A DNA stretch of 64,000 bases from Tilletiaria anomala UBC 951. Taxonomy: Eukaryota. Positions 11,740 through 24,607 of this stretch are shown piece after piece (position 1 is the stretch's first letter; every line of letters starts with the position of its first letter). The notes beneath the pieces were generated by a model. The model saw nothing but the letters and a program-made list of their open reading frames with translations, had not been told where the DNA came from and searched no databases. The translations under genes and the position numbers were made by a program. The stretch spans positions 124,001 to 188,000 of the forward strand of contig NW_013547017.1 of NCBI RefSeq assembly GCF_000711695.1, in the 5' to 3' direction.

Positions 11740-11950
11740 ATGCGTCGGACACACAAGCCCAGGCTATAGGCAGAGTTTCATTTGAAAACGGATGTACTGA
11801 TCTGGTGGGCAAGCAGGCTCGCGAGCACGCGCAGCAGGCACAGGTTGCAATGCGGACCACTACATGATGACGAGACTCGATGTTACACACGATAGATGCG
11901 GTAGCCAAGTTAATGGGAAATATTGGGCTGCTGACCGCAGCGCGCAGAGA

Positions 11951-14900
11951 TTAACGCGTTCGGCGGTTGTATACTGCTTCCGTCAAGGACGAGTCTCCGA
12001 TCTGCTCGACCATCATTTGTTCATCGACGGCCGACTTGGCACGGAGTTTCCTGAGGAACACAAAAGCAAACATTTCGTCGATCGATCAGCCGATGCATCA
12101 AACGTCTTTCATCTGCGTCCGCATGACGCCGCACACTGACCTCTTCTTCTTGGGCGAAACGCTCTTGGCCGGCAGCGCGATGAGGCTGACATTGCTCTGC
12201 GAGTCGAGCGACATGCTCACATCTGCAGCAGCTGCCATCGAGGCGGGCGACTTGTTCACTATCGACGGACTCGATTCGGCGAGCGGCTGACTCGTAAATC
12301 GGGACGGGGCTTTCGGCTTCGGTGTTTTCATACTAGCTGTCGAGTTCGTCGATATCCTGGAGGGCGCGCTGGCGGCAGCAACAGGGGCCTTGGCAGCCTT
12401 GCTTGCCCGCGGCGTCTTAACGCTTTGGCGCCGGGCGGTGGCGGTACTGGCGCGACTGCGCCTGCCTGCCGTTCGAGCTTCGAATGAAGATTCACCATCA
12501 TCACTGATTTCCGCGGCGTTTGCGTCGAACGACTCGTCCTCCGGGTCATCAGTTTGGATGTCGTCGATCGACGACTCCTCTTCGTCCTGCGGAGAAGAAG
12601 CTCCCACATCACTACTGATGTTTGCACTGGACACGCTGATGTGGCTGTGGCTCGACTCGAGGGGCTCTGTTTCCTTTTCATCATCTGTGTCTGCTGCATC
12701 CTCCCCGAACTCAGTAGCAGAGTGCTCCGCCTCGTCGTGCTCATCGAGGCTGATGCTTGCAGAGTCGATCGAAGCAGACGAAGTGTCCTGGCGACCAGTG
12801 TCGGCCGATACAAACTCGACCTGGCTGTCATCGGATGAGGTGAGAGGGGGTGACGCCTTTGCCACACGTTGCGGAGGCAAACGTCCCGGGCGCAGCAGCG
12901 GACTATCGCCCAATTCCATCGAGTCGCCAGCGTCGTCATCAGCTGGGAGCAAGGCAGGCATCGTGCTACGATGCACAAGCGGCGTCGGGTCAGGCGAGGC
13001 CAGGGCGACGCCTCCCATAGCCGAGACGAGCGAGTCGTCCGCATCGCTCTCGCTATCGGTAGTGGGGTCGATGGAGCTCGCGACCGTCGAGTCTGCGATG
13101 CTGTCATTTGCGCGATGAAGGCTCGATTTAAGAGACATGAGAAGGTCCAGCTTCTTGTTGATCAATTGCTCATTCATCGCCTCCTGTGAAGTAATGTCAT
13201 ACGCGACTCTCAGCACCCACGCCTGAACTCGGGAAATGTGGCCCTATGAGATTCTTACCTCCTCCAGCATGCGCTTCGACCACATGTCTGTCATATCTGC
13301 AAGGCGCATCTGCATCTCATCGGCCATTTCTTGGCGCACATCATATTCTATCTGAGCACAACGTGTCTCGGCTGCAAAGAGCTGAGCGAGGCAAGTGGGA
13401 ATTGCGTCAGGGCGTACTCCACCCATAGGATACTGAGGACGATTTGGCTCACCCTCTGTCGAAGTTCTTCGCACTTGGTAATGAGAAGGTCCACAAGAGG
13501 ATCTTGAGCCTCGTCATCGTCATCGCCACTCTCTGCAGGCAGTAAATAAGACACGTCAGAGTCTCTTCTCTTTAATCAAGGACGTAGGGAGCACTCACCT
13601 TCGATGATGGTGATGTCCCCTTCGTTGCTATCGTCGGGGATGATCATCTGCGCCTGAGCCAGCTGCGAAATCCTGACTGGTGGTACTGAGCTCTTGCCCT
13701 TTGCGTTCTGCTCGGCAGATGGCAGAAGGGAGATCTTGGTTGGGCTTCTGGGGATGGCCGCTCGCATGGCGTTCGGTGCACCTCTGAGCTGCTGCACATC
13801 TTTGACGGTCGCGCTGAATTTCATTACCTGTGCGTTCTCATAAAATCCACCGTCGTATGGGTTCGCGGTGATGATCATGACGGTCTTGCCCTCACCGACA
13901 AAGTACGTCTTGAGTAGAGCGGTCAGCTTGGAGCTGTTAAAGGGCACGACCTCCGGCTTGGCAGTTAGATTAAAATTGCCTGTAGACAACGACTGCGCTT
14001 TGGTCTGATTGGCTCTGAGCTTTTCGAGGCAGTGACCGAGGTTCATCAGGGACTTGTTGATGTTGCCCGCCTCTTTCATCCTAGCAGCGTCCGTAAGCTG
14101 GGTGTTGGCCATGCGCTCGCTGCCCGCCAGGTCGACGATGCTCATCCGGCTGGTGCTGTACATGGCCTCGCCTACTTCCCCGCCGTGCTCGCGGATCACG
14201 CGCACGGTAAAGACTCCGTGCGAGCGAGAGCTGACCCGATTCGCCATCGTGCCGAACACGGCGCGATTCTGCTCGCCGCGCTTGATCAGCGCACGGGCTT
14301 CCTCCGCTGAACAGACTTGATGCTCCGAGAGGCCGACTGCGTATTTGCATTGACCTTCAGGGTCGCCTGCAGAGTCGCTGTCATTCTTGAGCGGCAGAGC
14401 ATGGCGCGTAAGTGACACGGCTGCGCTGCTTGTCGAACTCGGAAGACCACCTGAGCCCCCGGTAGCAGCAGCGGCAGCTAGACTCCAATTACTTGCTCCT
14501 GTAGCGGAGCAGCCACGCACACTCTCGCTGCGACTCATGCCGCAGGCTGCACTTCCACCAGCGGCAGCTGTTGTCGGTGTGACGTCGAGCAGATCGTACA
14601 GCTTTTCATTGTAAACTTCGAGGTAGCTGATCCACACACTGTATCGGTAGTTACGATCGACTTTGACCGAAGCTTGCTCGCGCTCATATTCGTTCAGCGA
14701 GCCCGTAGTGGAAGAGAGGAGACGCTTGCGCAAAGGCGGCAGGCTAAGAGGGTCGAGTCTGTCGGGCCTGTCGCTGCTAAGGGCTGTGGCATGGGCGTCG
14801 TTATCATCCTCGCTCAGCTGTTCCACTCCGCTCAAGCCAACAGGCCGAATCTTGCTCTGGCCAAGCAGCCCGTCCAAGCTGTTGAAAATGGTATCGAGCG

Positions 14901-15892
14901 TACGCGGCAGCACACCTGCCTCGCCTTTGCCGTTCCCACCGTGTATCGTGTAGCTTTTTCCGCTGTTCGTCACGCCATAGGTGCAGTACAGTCCGCTCTG
15001 GCCGTTGTTCAACAAGTCGGTGATCATGGGAAGACATGTCTCCTGGAAGAAAATCGCCTGCGAAGAAGACGGTGATAGAGAGGCTGAGATGGAAGGTCGA
15101 AAGATTTTGTTGAACGAATAGTGTTGAGCTTGGCGTGATCGCTGGGCCGACTGTCCAGAGGCATTCTGACCGGGCCGGAAGGAGAAGCCTTAGCAGGTTT
15201 GCCTAAATTAAAGAGTAATGCACAACTTACGTCTTTAGGAGGGGTCATAATGATATCTGTGTCACTCGTAACCTCGATGTAGGGCTCTGCAACACCCCCA
15301 TTTCGGCTGACGTCGAGTGCTGGACGCAGGCGGAGGAATGCCTGCGATATCAGAAAGAACAAATGTCAAAGGAGTGATGCAAGATGCACGCTTAAGTTTT
15401 GTCCCTAAAACTCGCCTTGATTGGCTCTGCTCCGTCCCAAATACCAGCTGCAACACTGGGGAAAGATACAATGACTTTACTGATTGGGGTGCTGTTGGTG
15501 CTTCCCGCCTTGCTGAAAGCATTTGTTCCTCTGCCCTGTGTCTTAGATACCTTCTTCACAGGAGATCTTGCCCCCGTCGGGGTGGCAGTCGAGCCTCTGG
15601 AGGAAGCAGCACATGCCCTGGTAGACCCTGCACCAGCTCTTGCCTTGATTGGACTAGACCCTGGTGGAGCCGATGCAGAGGTGGTAGCGCTCATGTTGCT
15701 GACTCTGCTAGTCGGTGCGGCTGAAAGTATGGCAGAAGTTGTGCTGCCACCGCGCATGAGGCGATTTCGAGGGGTAGGAGGAGGGCCCATCAATGCAGAC
15801 TCCTCGCTCTTGGATGGAGACGAGGACGTGGTCCTTGAAGAGCCACGCGCAGTAGGCGTTGGTGGTGCTCCTGTTCCTGCGAGACGCGGCAT
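11951..15892 (-). CDS. klp9: Kinesin-6 family motor (Klp9/MKLP-like)
   Basis: EPIK|AFLRLRP, YSFNKIF, P-loop YGVTNSGKS (kinesin-6 type), SYLEVYNEKLYDLL, switch I NRVSSRSH, switch II DLAGSER, EAGNINKSL. Coiled-coil stalk and acidic tail ending YNRRTR*. About 6 introns. Confidence 0.9.
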
Positions 15893-16163
15893 GGTGGTGT
15901 GTGATTCGCGTTAAGGTCAGGTCCACGACCAATGGAACGCGCAAGACAGGTTGTTTACGTTTGGCTCCAGACTGTAGCAATCCTTGCTCTCGAGGCTCCG
16001 ATTAAGCGTCAAAAGCCATCAGCCATGTTGCACATTCTCCGCACTTCCTGCTGCAGACGGACCCAGCTTGCGTTGTGGACATTTTCGTGATTGATGCGGT
16101 GATGCCTGATGACTGCCAGATGAGAATAACACTTGCGCGGACGGAATTGCGTGTCGCGTTCTG

Positions 16164-16367
16164 GTCACGTGACTTGGATGCTTCCTGTTCGCGGCGCGGT
16201 CAGCGCGTGATTGAATATATTACTGCACCGCAAGACCCTTTCTCCTAGGGCCGGAAATCTGGATGGAATGGTCGGACGTCAGTCAGTTGGTTACATGCGG
16301 TTCCAATTGGATGGAAGGCGAGGAGAGTCTACCAAGGTGCTGCGAAAAACGGATTCAATCACGTGAC
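16164..16367. promoter_or_regulatory. Two RTCACGTGAC E-box (Cbf1/bHLH-type) motifs in the kinesin-6/MFS divergent promoter
   Basis: Palindromic GTCACGTGAC at 16164-16173 and ATCACGTGAC at 16358-16367. Confidence 0.5.
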
Positions 16368-16721
16368 CCATGCGTATTCAGCTCTGCCACGGCAATGGTC
16401 CGCCACACCCGAGCCATCAGCGTTCTCGCTCTCTCTCATTACTCATGCTCGACTATGCTATATATGCGTTTGTATGCTCCTCAGACGAATTTCTCCCTTC
16501 ATAGTGTGTCTGTCTGAGGATTGGTCTACTGTGAGCGCCTACTGTTGCAACAGAAGCCTTCGCTTTTGGAGAGGGCGTCGAACTGCGCGTGCACATTTGC
16601 GGCTGCCATCGCTATCGCAGCTGAGGAAGTGCTCGGTAGTTGCGGCGAGAGCGCGAGCGGCACAAGCTACCGCAGCTTAACGAAAGGTCGTCACATAGTT
16701 CGCTAAGGGGAACTTCTCAAG

Positions 16722-19331
16722 ATGGCTGGCTTGGGCGCCGGGGAAGCGGCGGCCCTTGGTAATGTAGACAGTGGATATGTGAAGCAGAACAAAGGCAACG
16801 TTCACCACAGGAGCGGCTATCCTGCGCCATCATCAGCGATGGCAATGGACGTCAAGTTCCCTGCGAACCGCGCCAAGTCTTTCCATGGTATTTCAGATCT
16901 CAAAGGCAGCGCCTTGTTCGAAGAGCAGCGCCAGGACCCGGGTTCAACAGAGGATGCGGGAGGAGCAGTGGTTAACCCTTGGGGATCGAACACGAACACC
17001 CATGGCGGGAACAGTACCTCCAAAGATTTTCAATCGAGTAGCTGGAGCCATCCTCAAGGCACGGAACATATCAATGGCGATGTGGCTTTTGAGTCAGGAC
17101 GCCAGGGCATCTCATTTTATGGTCATCCCCAGGGTCACGGTACCAAGCCGAATGCAAAAGGGAAAGGGAAGGCTCGAGATGCGCCGCGCCTCTCGTTACC
17201 ACCTTGCTGCGCTTCCACTCATACGGTAGGCGCGGGACTTGACGGTCACCCCAATGTGTCAATTGGTGGCCTTGGCTGGGACGCTCTCGAGACGGGTGAG
17301 CGCTGGAATGCAAGGTCGTTACGCCGTGGAGAGACCCCGCTGGATCGAACGATCGACCAAATTGGCGTGGGGCGCTATCAAAAGACTCTACTCCTCCTCT
17401 CTGGACTCGGGTATCTGGCGGATAATATGTGGCTCCAGGGGATCGCCATTGTGCTGCCGCGCGTACAGGATGAATGGGATGTGCCGGACCAATGGATAGG
17501 CCTGCTTTCGAGCTCTACATTTGCAGGTATGATGGTCGGAGCGTTGGCGTGGGGAAGTTGTGAGCGCAAACATGAGCCCCTCCGCGAGCAGCTGCTCGCA
17601 CGCACTGTGGCTCTCTGATCATCGCCCTCATGTTTCTTCTGTACAGACTCTGACTCGTATGGCCGCAAAGACGCATTCAACGGAACGCTCTTCGTAACCG
17701 CCATCTTTGGCTGTCTCTCGTCCTTCGCCACATCGTTTCCGATGCTATGCTTCCTCACATTTCTGCTCGGCACAGGTGTTGGTGGCTCCATGCCGACAGA
17801 CGGGACGCTCTTCCTGGAGAATCTGCCCAAGAGCAAGCAGTACCTCTTGACGGCACTCAGCGTCTTTTTTGCTCTAGGGAGCGTCATCACGAGCCTACTC
17901 GGTCTCGCTATTATCCCGGAAAATAGCTGCCCGGAAGACACAGACTGGAATCCGGCCGTGCAGTGCGACACACAGACGCAGAACCAGGGGTGGCGTTGGT
18001 TGCTGAATGGACTTGGCTTCGTCGTGAGTGGGCATGGTCCATACTGTGACCGTCAAGCTAATGTCCCTCGTTACGCAGACTTACGTTGTCATTTGACGTT
18101 ACAGACCGTCTGCTTCGTGATCGCCCGGCTGATTTTTTTCAAACTATTTGAATCGCCCAAATTTCTCGTCGCTTCTGGCCGACATCAGGAGGCGCGCGTC
18201 GTTCTTCAGCAAATAGCAGCATTCAACGGCAAGCCGTTACCTGTCAGCTTGCGCGATGTCGAGGACGAACAGAGGCGCCATGCGGGCTCCGCGCAGAGGG
18301 ATAGTCGCCCATTCAGAGGGTTTTCCTCACTATTTGGTGGGGACGGAAAAGCGAATTCACCGGGATACGATGCTCTACCGACCGAGGATGAAGAGCATGG
18401 CAGATCTGAGATGGAAGAGGCTACGCCTTCTCAGTCTCTTGATCGTCCGTCTATCGAGGCTGCGCAAGCTACGACAAGCAGCATGCACATACTATCTCCG
18501 GCAGCGCCACTGCCGCTGCCGCTGTCGCCTCCGCCTGCCTTCGTTCGGCGGCTGCTACCTGCCAATTGGCACACAGGCTTAGCAGATTTCTGGGCCCGCT
18601 ACACGCATCTCTTCGAGCCGCACTGGCGCCGGACGACTATTCTGGTTTGGGCGATCTGGACACTTGTGTCGCTCGCGTTCACCATCTTTAACGTGTTCCT
18701 GCCCAAGTTCCTCGAGGCGCGCCTTGGTGCCGGCGGCAGAGGCAATGGCGGTACCCCCAATGCTGCTCCTGGAAGCGACGGTGGCTTGCAGTCGCGCAAA
18801 GACGTGATGCAGGACTATCTGCTGTATGCGCTCGCCTCTGTGCCCGGCTCGCTTTTGGGCGCGTGGATGATCGAGACGCGGTTGGGGCGCATTGGGTCGA
18901 TGGCGCTGAGCACGGCGTGCACGGGCGTGTCGATCGCCATATTCACCGTGGTGCGCTCGCGCGGCGGGATCGTGCTTTCGAGCATGCTGATCAGCATCAG
19001 CGCCACGACAACGTACGCGGCCATCTACGGCTACACGCCCGAGGTGTTCACAACGGACGTCAGGGGCACGGCGTGCGGCAGCGCCTCGGCGCTCAGCCGG
19101 CTCGCAGGCATCGTCGCGCCCCTCGCGGCGGGCGTCTTGATCGCGATTGACATCAACCTCCCGCTCTTCCTCAGCATTGCGCTCTTCGCCGTATGCGTCG
19201 GCTGCATGCTGGCACTGCCGTACGAGACGCGGCGGCGACCGGATGCCGATGTCGATGCCGATGCTGATATCGATGCTGCTATTGGAGTACAAGGCGATGC
19301 CGAGGTGGGCATCAACGCAGGTGGACATTAA
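16722..19331 (+). CDS. MFS transporter (SV2/SVOP-like, sugar-transporter family)
   Basis: IDQIGVGRYQ...SGLGYLADNMWLQ, WGSYSDSYGRK, GVGGSMPTDG..FLENLP, QGWRW, FESPKFLV, YTPEVFTTDVRGTACG, LPYETR. Introns ~17560-17646 and 18024-18104. Confidence 0.9.
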
Positions 19332-19464
19332 AATGGACATTAAACAAGAACTTGATCGCAGTCCTGTAGCATACACCAAAACATGACAATGTGTCGTATT
19401 TTGGACGACCAAAGACGACAAAAAGATTACATTTGCTTTGCAAGTGGAGCCGCCTGTATTCCCT

Positions 19465-20502
19465 TTAATCTAGCTTCCTGTTGTCCTTTTCGCCGCCGAG
19501 CATGGGCGCATGCTTGTCGTTGCCGTTCCAGTACATGACAAGCTGCACGGCAATGACGGCGTTGAATACAGTGGCGAGCGCAAACCCCCAGAAGAGAAGC
19601 GCGTCGTCGGTCTCGGTGAGCGTCGTGAAGACGCGCGCGACGGTACCGAGCAGCTGCGCAAAGACGACGATCGAGCTGAGCTGCCCGGGGGCTTTTCGCC
19701 GATGCAGCTCGAGAATCTGCGGCACTTTGGACATGAGCGAGATGGGGATCGTCATCGCTTGTAGCAGCGAGAGGAGTGAAATGGAACACAAGGATGGTGT
19801 GAAGAGGAAGAGCGATAGGAGCGCCATGAGCGTCGCGGCGATCAGCAGCGCCGCCGAGCGCCTGCTTTTGGTAGCTGATGCGGAAGACGCTGGAAGCGAT
19901 TTGACGGGCGAGTATGCGATGATGAGCAGCGTGATGACCATATCTTATAGTCAAGTGGGAGAGAGGAAAGGTGCATGTCAGCCATGTGCATACTTGTGTG
20001 GATACGACAAACCCACTCTGCACGGTCAAGCTCGCGTTCTCTCCGTAGGTGCTAAAGGGAATCTGCCTGCGGTAGGCGTACGCAAGACTGATGGTATACG
20101 CGAGAACCTCAAGGATGTACATGCTGAGGCTGATCCCCCTTGCGGATCTGCTGTTGACGATCTTGAGGATCTGGGGGACCTTCATGATGGATCCAAAGAC
20201 GACGATGCCCAACCCCAAGCTCTTGGATAGCGCGAGGTGGAGACAGTACTTGGAGCTAAGGTCGATATTGTAGACAAGCTTCGTGTAGCATTCCTGTGCC
20301 CCGAGTGAGGGGAAGCAAAGTGACGCGCCAGGTCAGCAATGCAAGAGGAGAGTGCAAAGGGCACCCACCGCGGTACTGGAATCACCTGCCCAAGGACGGC
20401 GACGGCGGGATCTCGAACGAGGGCGGGCAAGTTCCGCGTGAACCTCTGGGCAGCATGTTGCCACCCAGCGCTGCTGGCGGCTGCGGCGCTTCCCTGCGCC
20501 AT
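19465..20502 (-). CDS. MPDU1: Mannose-P-dolichol utilization defect 1 protein (MPDU1/Lec35, double PQ-loop)
   Basis: ECYTKLV..CLHLALSKSLGLGIVVFGSIMKVPQILKI, FSTYGEN, second PQ loop SKVPQI...PGQLS, ARVFTTLTETDD, YWN. Introns 20385-20294 and ~20017-19944. The start may lie further upstream (see findings). Confidence 0.9.
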
Positions 20503-21585
20503 CCTGTCGGTCAGCGTTCCCAGTGCGGCGAGGTCGAGCAAGCCCTGCGGGGTGTCGGCGGCGGCGTGGTGGATGGACAGGGGGATGCGCTCCAAGTTGG
20601 CCAGTCCGCCGCCGGCTGCTCCACCTTCGATGATGATGCCCTGGGAAACTGTGGCGTGTTCGTGCGAGAGGCCCGAGGCAAACGCGGCGTGCGCGATGTC
20701 GAACGTTGCGCTCGCTGCCAGCGGCTCGCCGGTGATGCGGTCGAGGGCGGCGGGTGAGGGTAGAAGGGCGGGAATGGTGATTGCGGACCTAGGGGCCGGG
20801 GGAATATTCGGGTGCTCAAAGTTGTGCCGTGCCAGTTCCAGTTCCAGCGTGAAGAAACAATCCTGTTGCCGCCACAGAAGATGGACCCAAGCTGATGCGC
20901 TTGTGGTCTGGGATTCGCAAGTCGCCCTTTGCACAGATTTCAAGCCATACCATATCCACTACATGTCAGGATGCTGGGAAGGCGGCAGTAATGCAGCTGC
21001 AACCCTACTTGGATCCTGGTGCCCAGTCCACCATTCCATCCACGTTGTCCACAATATCATTTCGCCATCGGCGCCGCGTGCTGGGGGCCATGTTGAGTGA
21101 GAGTGCACGGGCCATGCGTAGAGTGCTCCAGGGCCGTGACGAAAGGATTGACTCAATCTGATTTGAAAGGCATGCGGCTGGCGGCGGCGGCGGCGGAGCT
21201 GAAGAGGGGAGCGATGAGGATTGGGAGATTCATGCAGTCATACATACTTGGAGTGATCGAGTGATTGGTCATGCACGCACTCGGATCGGTCAGGTGCACG
21301 AGAGAGAGCAACAGGCAGAGGATCGCCGCCGCGCATCTCTCAGCACGCGGCAGGGTCTGCCTCTAGTAGGCGAGAAAATAAGGTGGCAGCCGTCGGCGGA
21401 AATGGCAGATTATTAGCCAAGATCGTATGGTCATGTACTAGAAGGGCTTCGTCTCACATCTTTCCAAAGGGCCAATCTCATCCATATCTACCACCCCCAG
21501 CTTCGAGCGGGTGCAGGGCAACGCATAGCCAAAGAAAACCCGCGCGCACATCTGTTCGGAAAAGACCGCGGACGAGAGTCAAACG

Positions 21586-22694
21586 ATGACGTTGTACGTC
21601 GCTGGCCTGCGCGGCCTTCTCCCTACGTTTGTCCTCATCTACGGCTTCCAGGCAGCGTGCGCAGCAGTCGCCGTGCCGATGCAGACTGAAAAGGTGCGTG
21701 TCTGTGCTCCTCGTCGCTGTTACATGTCGGGAACACTAGACTGTGGACGCATGCTGACGCTTCGTCATTGCCAAACGCACTCAGTACTACGACCTGTGTG
21801 GCTCGCTCGGCTTCGTCTCCGCCACGGCGGTCTCGCTGCTGCTGCCGTCGCTGCGCACGCGCTTCCCCACACTCGCCTGGCTCGGCAGTGGTACTGCATC
21901 CGCCACGTCGGCCAGCTGGCCACCGACGCTGGCGACGTTCCATCCGCGCCAGCTGCTCGCCTCTGCACTTGCGACGGTCTGGGCCGTGCGGCTCGGCAGC
22001 TTCCTCTTCGCGCGCATCCACAAGCATGGCTCGGACCCGCGCTTCGACAAGATCAAGAAAAACCCGCCACATTTCCTTTTTGCGTGGATGATGCAGGCGA
22101 CGTGGATCTCGCTCACGGCACTCCCCATCTACCTCGTTAACGCCATCCCGCCCGCCGCGCAGCCGCGCCTCGGCACAAGGTTGACCGACTACGTCGGCCT
22201 AGCTCTCTGGCTTGGCGGCATGGGCCTCGAGGTCTTCGCCGATTGCCAGAAGAGTGCGTGGAGGAAAGGGAAGGAGGGAAAAAAGCACGACGAGCCCTTT
22301 ATCACTCGTGGGGTCTGGAGCTGGAGCAGGCACCCCAACTACTTTGGCGAGGTCTCCCTATGGACCGGCCAGTACATCCTTTCACTCTCCTCTCTTTCTG
22401 CAGCGACCCCCATGTTTTACCCTTGGTGGATCACTGTTGCCGCCGCCGCTTCGCCCTTATTCGAGTACATGCTCATCCGATACCTCAGTGGTGTGCCCAT
22501 GCTCGAAAAGTCCGGCGACGAGAAGTACGGCAAGGAGTGAGTCGTGCCTCTTTCCTCACATATTGCCCTGCTTGGTGATAGTAGAAAGTCCATTTACCCA
22601 TTTATTCCTTTTTTTCGTGTGCGCCCGCAGCCCCACGTGGCAGGAGTACAAAAAGAACGTCCCCGTCTTCGTGCCGTTCTTTGGGCCCAAGTGA
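21586..22694 (+). CDS. DUF1295 / steroid 5-alpha-reductase-like membrane protein
   Basis: QTEK|YYDLCGSLGF, WAVRLGSFLFARI...DPRFDKIK, FITRGVWSWSRHPNYFGE, SGVPMLEK, WQEYKKNVPVFVP; two introns. Confidence 0.9.
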
Positions 22695-22829
22695 AGCATA
22701 CCCCAGTATGTCTGCATAGCCAAGTTCTCATCATGCAATGCAAGTTTCTGCCTGTCATGCCTAAAAATCATTTTGAACGCTTGGGGGTTTCTCCAGCGAT
22801 TAGCAGACGTCATACAATGTAACGACCGT

Positions 22830-24607
22830 CTTGAGCGGATGTCCCGGCACGAGGCTCTCCCAAGCGCTACTAAACAGCTTGCACTGGCAGGCCGCAGGGA
22901 CTTTGACGCCCATGCTTTTACCTCGGGACAAAATGTCTTGGATGGTGTCGTCGCTGGATGACTTGATCGAGCCTGCGCCTCTCGGCTCGATGTTGGCGGT
23001 GATGCGGTTCAGTCCGTTGTCGAGGTCGAAGCGTGCGTCGGCCTGGGAGAATGCAGTGACTTAGAGCATAAATGAGCCGTCTCTACTCGCCTTGATGAAC
23101 ATATTATGTTTCTTGCCCGCAATTGCGGTTGCATTTGCATTTGCAGTTGCAGTCGCAAGCGCAGCCACAGCGATGCCTGTCGGGCTGTCCGACAGAATGA
23201 CCATGTACGGCGCCACGTCGTCGGCGATCTGCAACAGCACCGTCTTCAGGCTGATTTATTAAACGAGCTGAGCGGCGTCACGCCCATGGTGTTGCCAACG
23301 CCGTACATGGACGCCTCGTAGCTGCTGGGAGTGTACGTGATCAGTGCACCTTCATCCCGTCTTGGAGCTCGCGCGAGACAACCGTGCTGCCTTCTGCGCA
23401 CCGTCGGTTTTTATTTTTGCAGTTGATATTTTGGTAGTTGTTCGGGTGGTAGTTCTCCCAGTCTTGCACGTCTGCATCGTACGAGGTGAGCGTCTTCCAG
23501 CCATTAGCGGGGAGCAAAGCGAGAGACGCATCACAGAGCGGTCAGCCAGCAACTTGCGTGCGCAAAGCCGTGCCACCATCATATTGACTCATTCCTTGTG
23601 CGGAGGCTCGTGGATCTCCCCGTTACCACTGTAGGTCGACATGTTAGCCGGTACGGCCGGTACATTGGCCAGATTGGCATTCTTCATTTTATCCACAATC
23701 TCCATCAGAGCGTTCGCAGTCGGATTGTGCCACCAACCCGCCTTGAGCTCGCCGCCGAGGAGTTGGGCTCTTCAATTTATTCCTTGAGTCTATGCTCGTC
23801 CCACTTCCAATTCTGGTAGGCGTTTCGCGAAAGGTAGAGGTAGATCTTGATATTGTCGTTGTCCAAGTAGACATTCGGATCGATGGACGGGATGTAGATG
23901 CCCCTCGGCGCGAACTTGCCAACCTTGCGACTTTTCCGCGGCCTGAGCTGCAAGTCGTCCATAATGAGGTTAATCTCGTGGTGGTCTGAGTGAGTGAGGA
24001 GTGTGATACGTCAGCAATGTCACGCTGAGCCTATGGTTAGCGTTAGGGCAGTACGTAATGTGATCAAAGTGGTAGTACTCTATCGGATGACGCTCAAGCT
24101 CCGCCAATGGTCCTTCTGGTGACCATGACCTGCGGAGTGGCATGTTCAAAGCTTTCAGCAAGCACAACTCAAGGCCCTACTAAGCCTGAATCATGAAGAA
24201 GATGAGCGCATCTTGCAACATCGATCTTGGACGGTTCCTCGAATACAGCGAACCTGAATCAGTTGGCCGTTTGATCAAACGTGAGGCGGTCAGCAAAGAA
24301 CGTAAAGGGCCAACCCGTCTTGTTGTAATAGCACATTTCGGGTGCTCACTGCCAATCTCGCACTCAGCACAGACCTGCCGTCTTTTCGCGCTCGATATCG
24401 CTTCTCCATGTCAGCTTGAGGAGCAGGCTCGACGGTCAGACATGCGGATAGAAATCCGAGAGGAGGCGGAAGAGAGGATAAACCTGGTAGAGATGGCCCT
24501 TGAACATCCGCTATACGTTCCACCTCTCTTGTGTGCATGTATGTTCGAGTGCGCAAGCTGCTCCCGCTAGCATCGGCGGTGCCGAAGAAACCGAGGAAGA
24601 GCAACAT
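22830..24607 (-). pseudogene. Degraded secreted glycoside hydrolase family 43 gene
   Basis: Signal-like MLLFLGFFGTADAS, SWSPEGP, YIPSIDPNVYLDNDNIKIYLYLSRNAYQNWKWD...E*IEEPN, GWWHNPT, DGWKTLTSY..DWENYH..RRCAEGSTV, LITYTPSSYEASMYGVG..TPLSSFNKS*. Stops, frameshifts and broken splice sites. Confidence 0.8.

Noticed and set aside
8696..19331. Possible galacturonate utilisation cluster (gaaA plus MFS transporter)
   Set aside because: No gaaB/C/D-like genes are present, a kinesin intervenes, and the MFS is SVOP-like rather than a known uronate transporter type.
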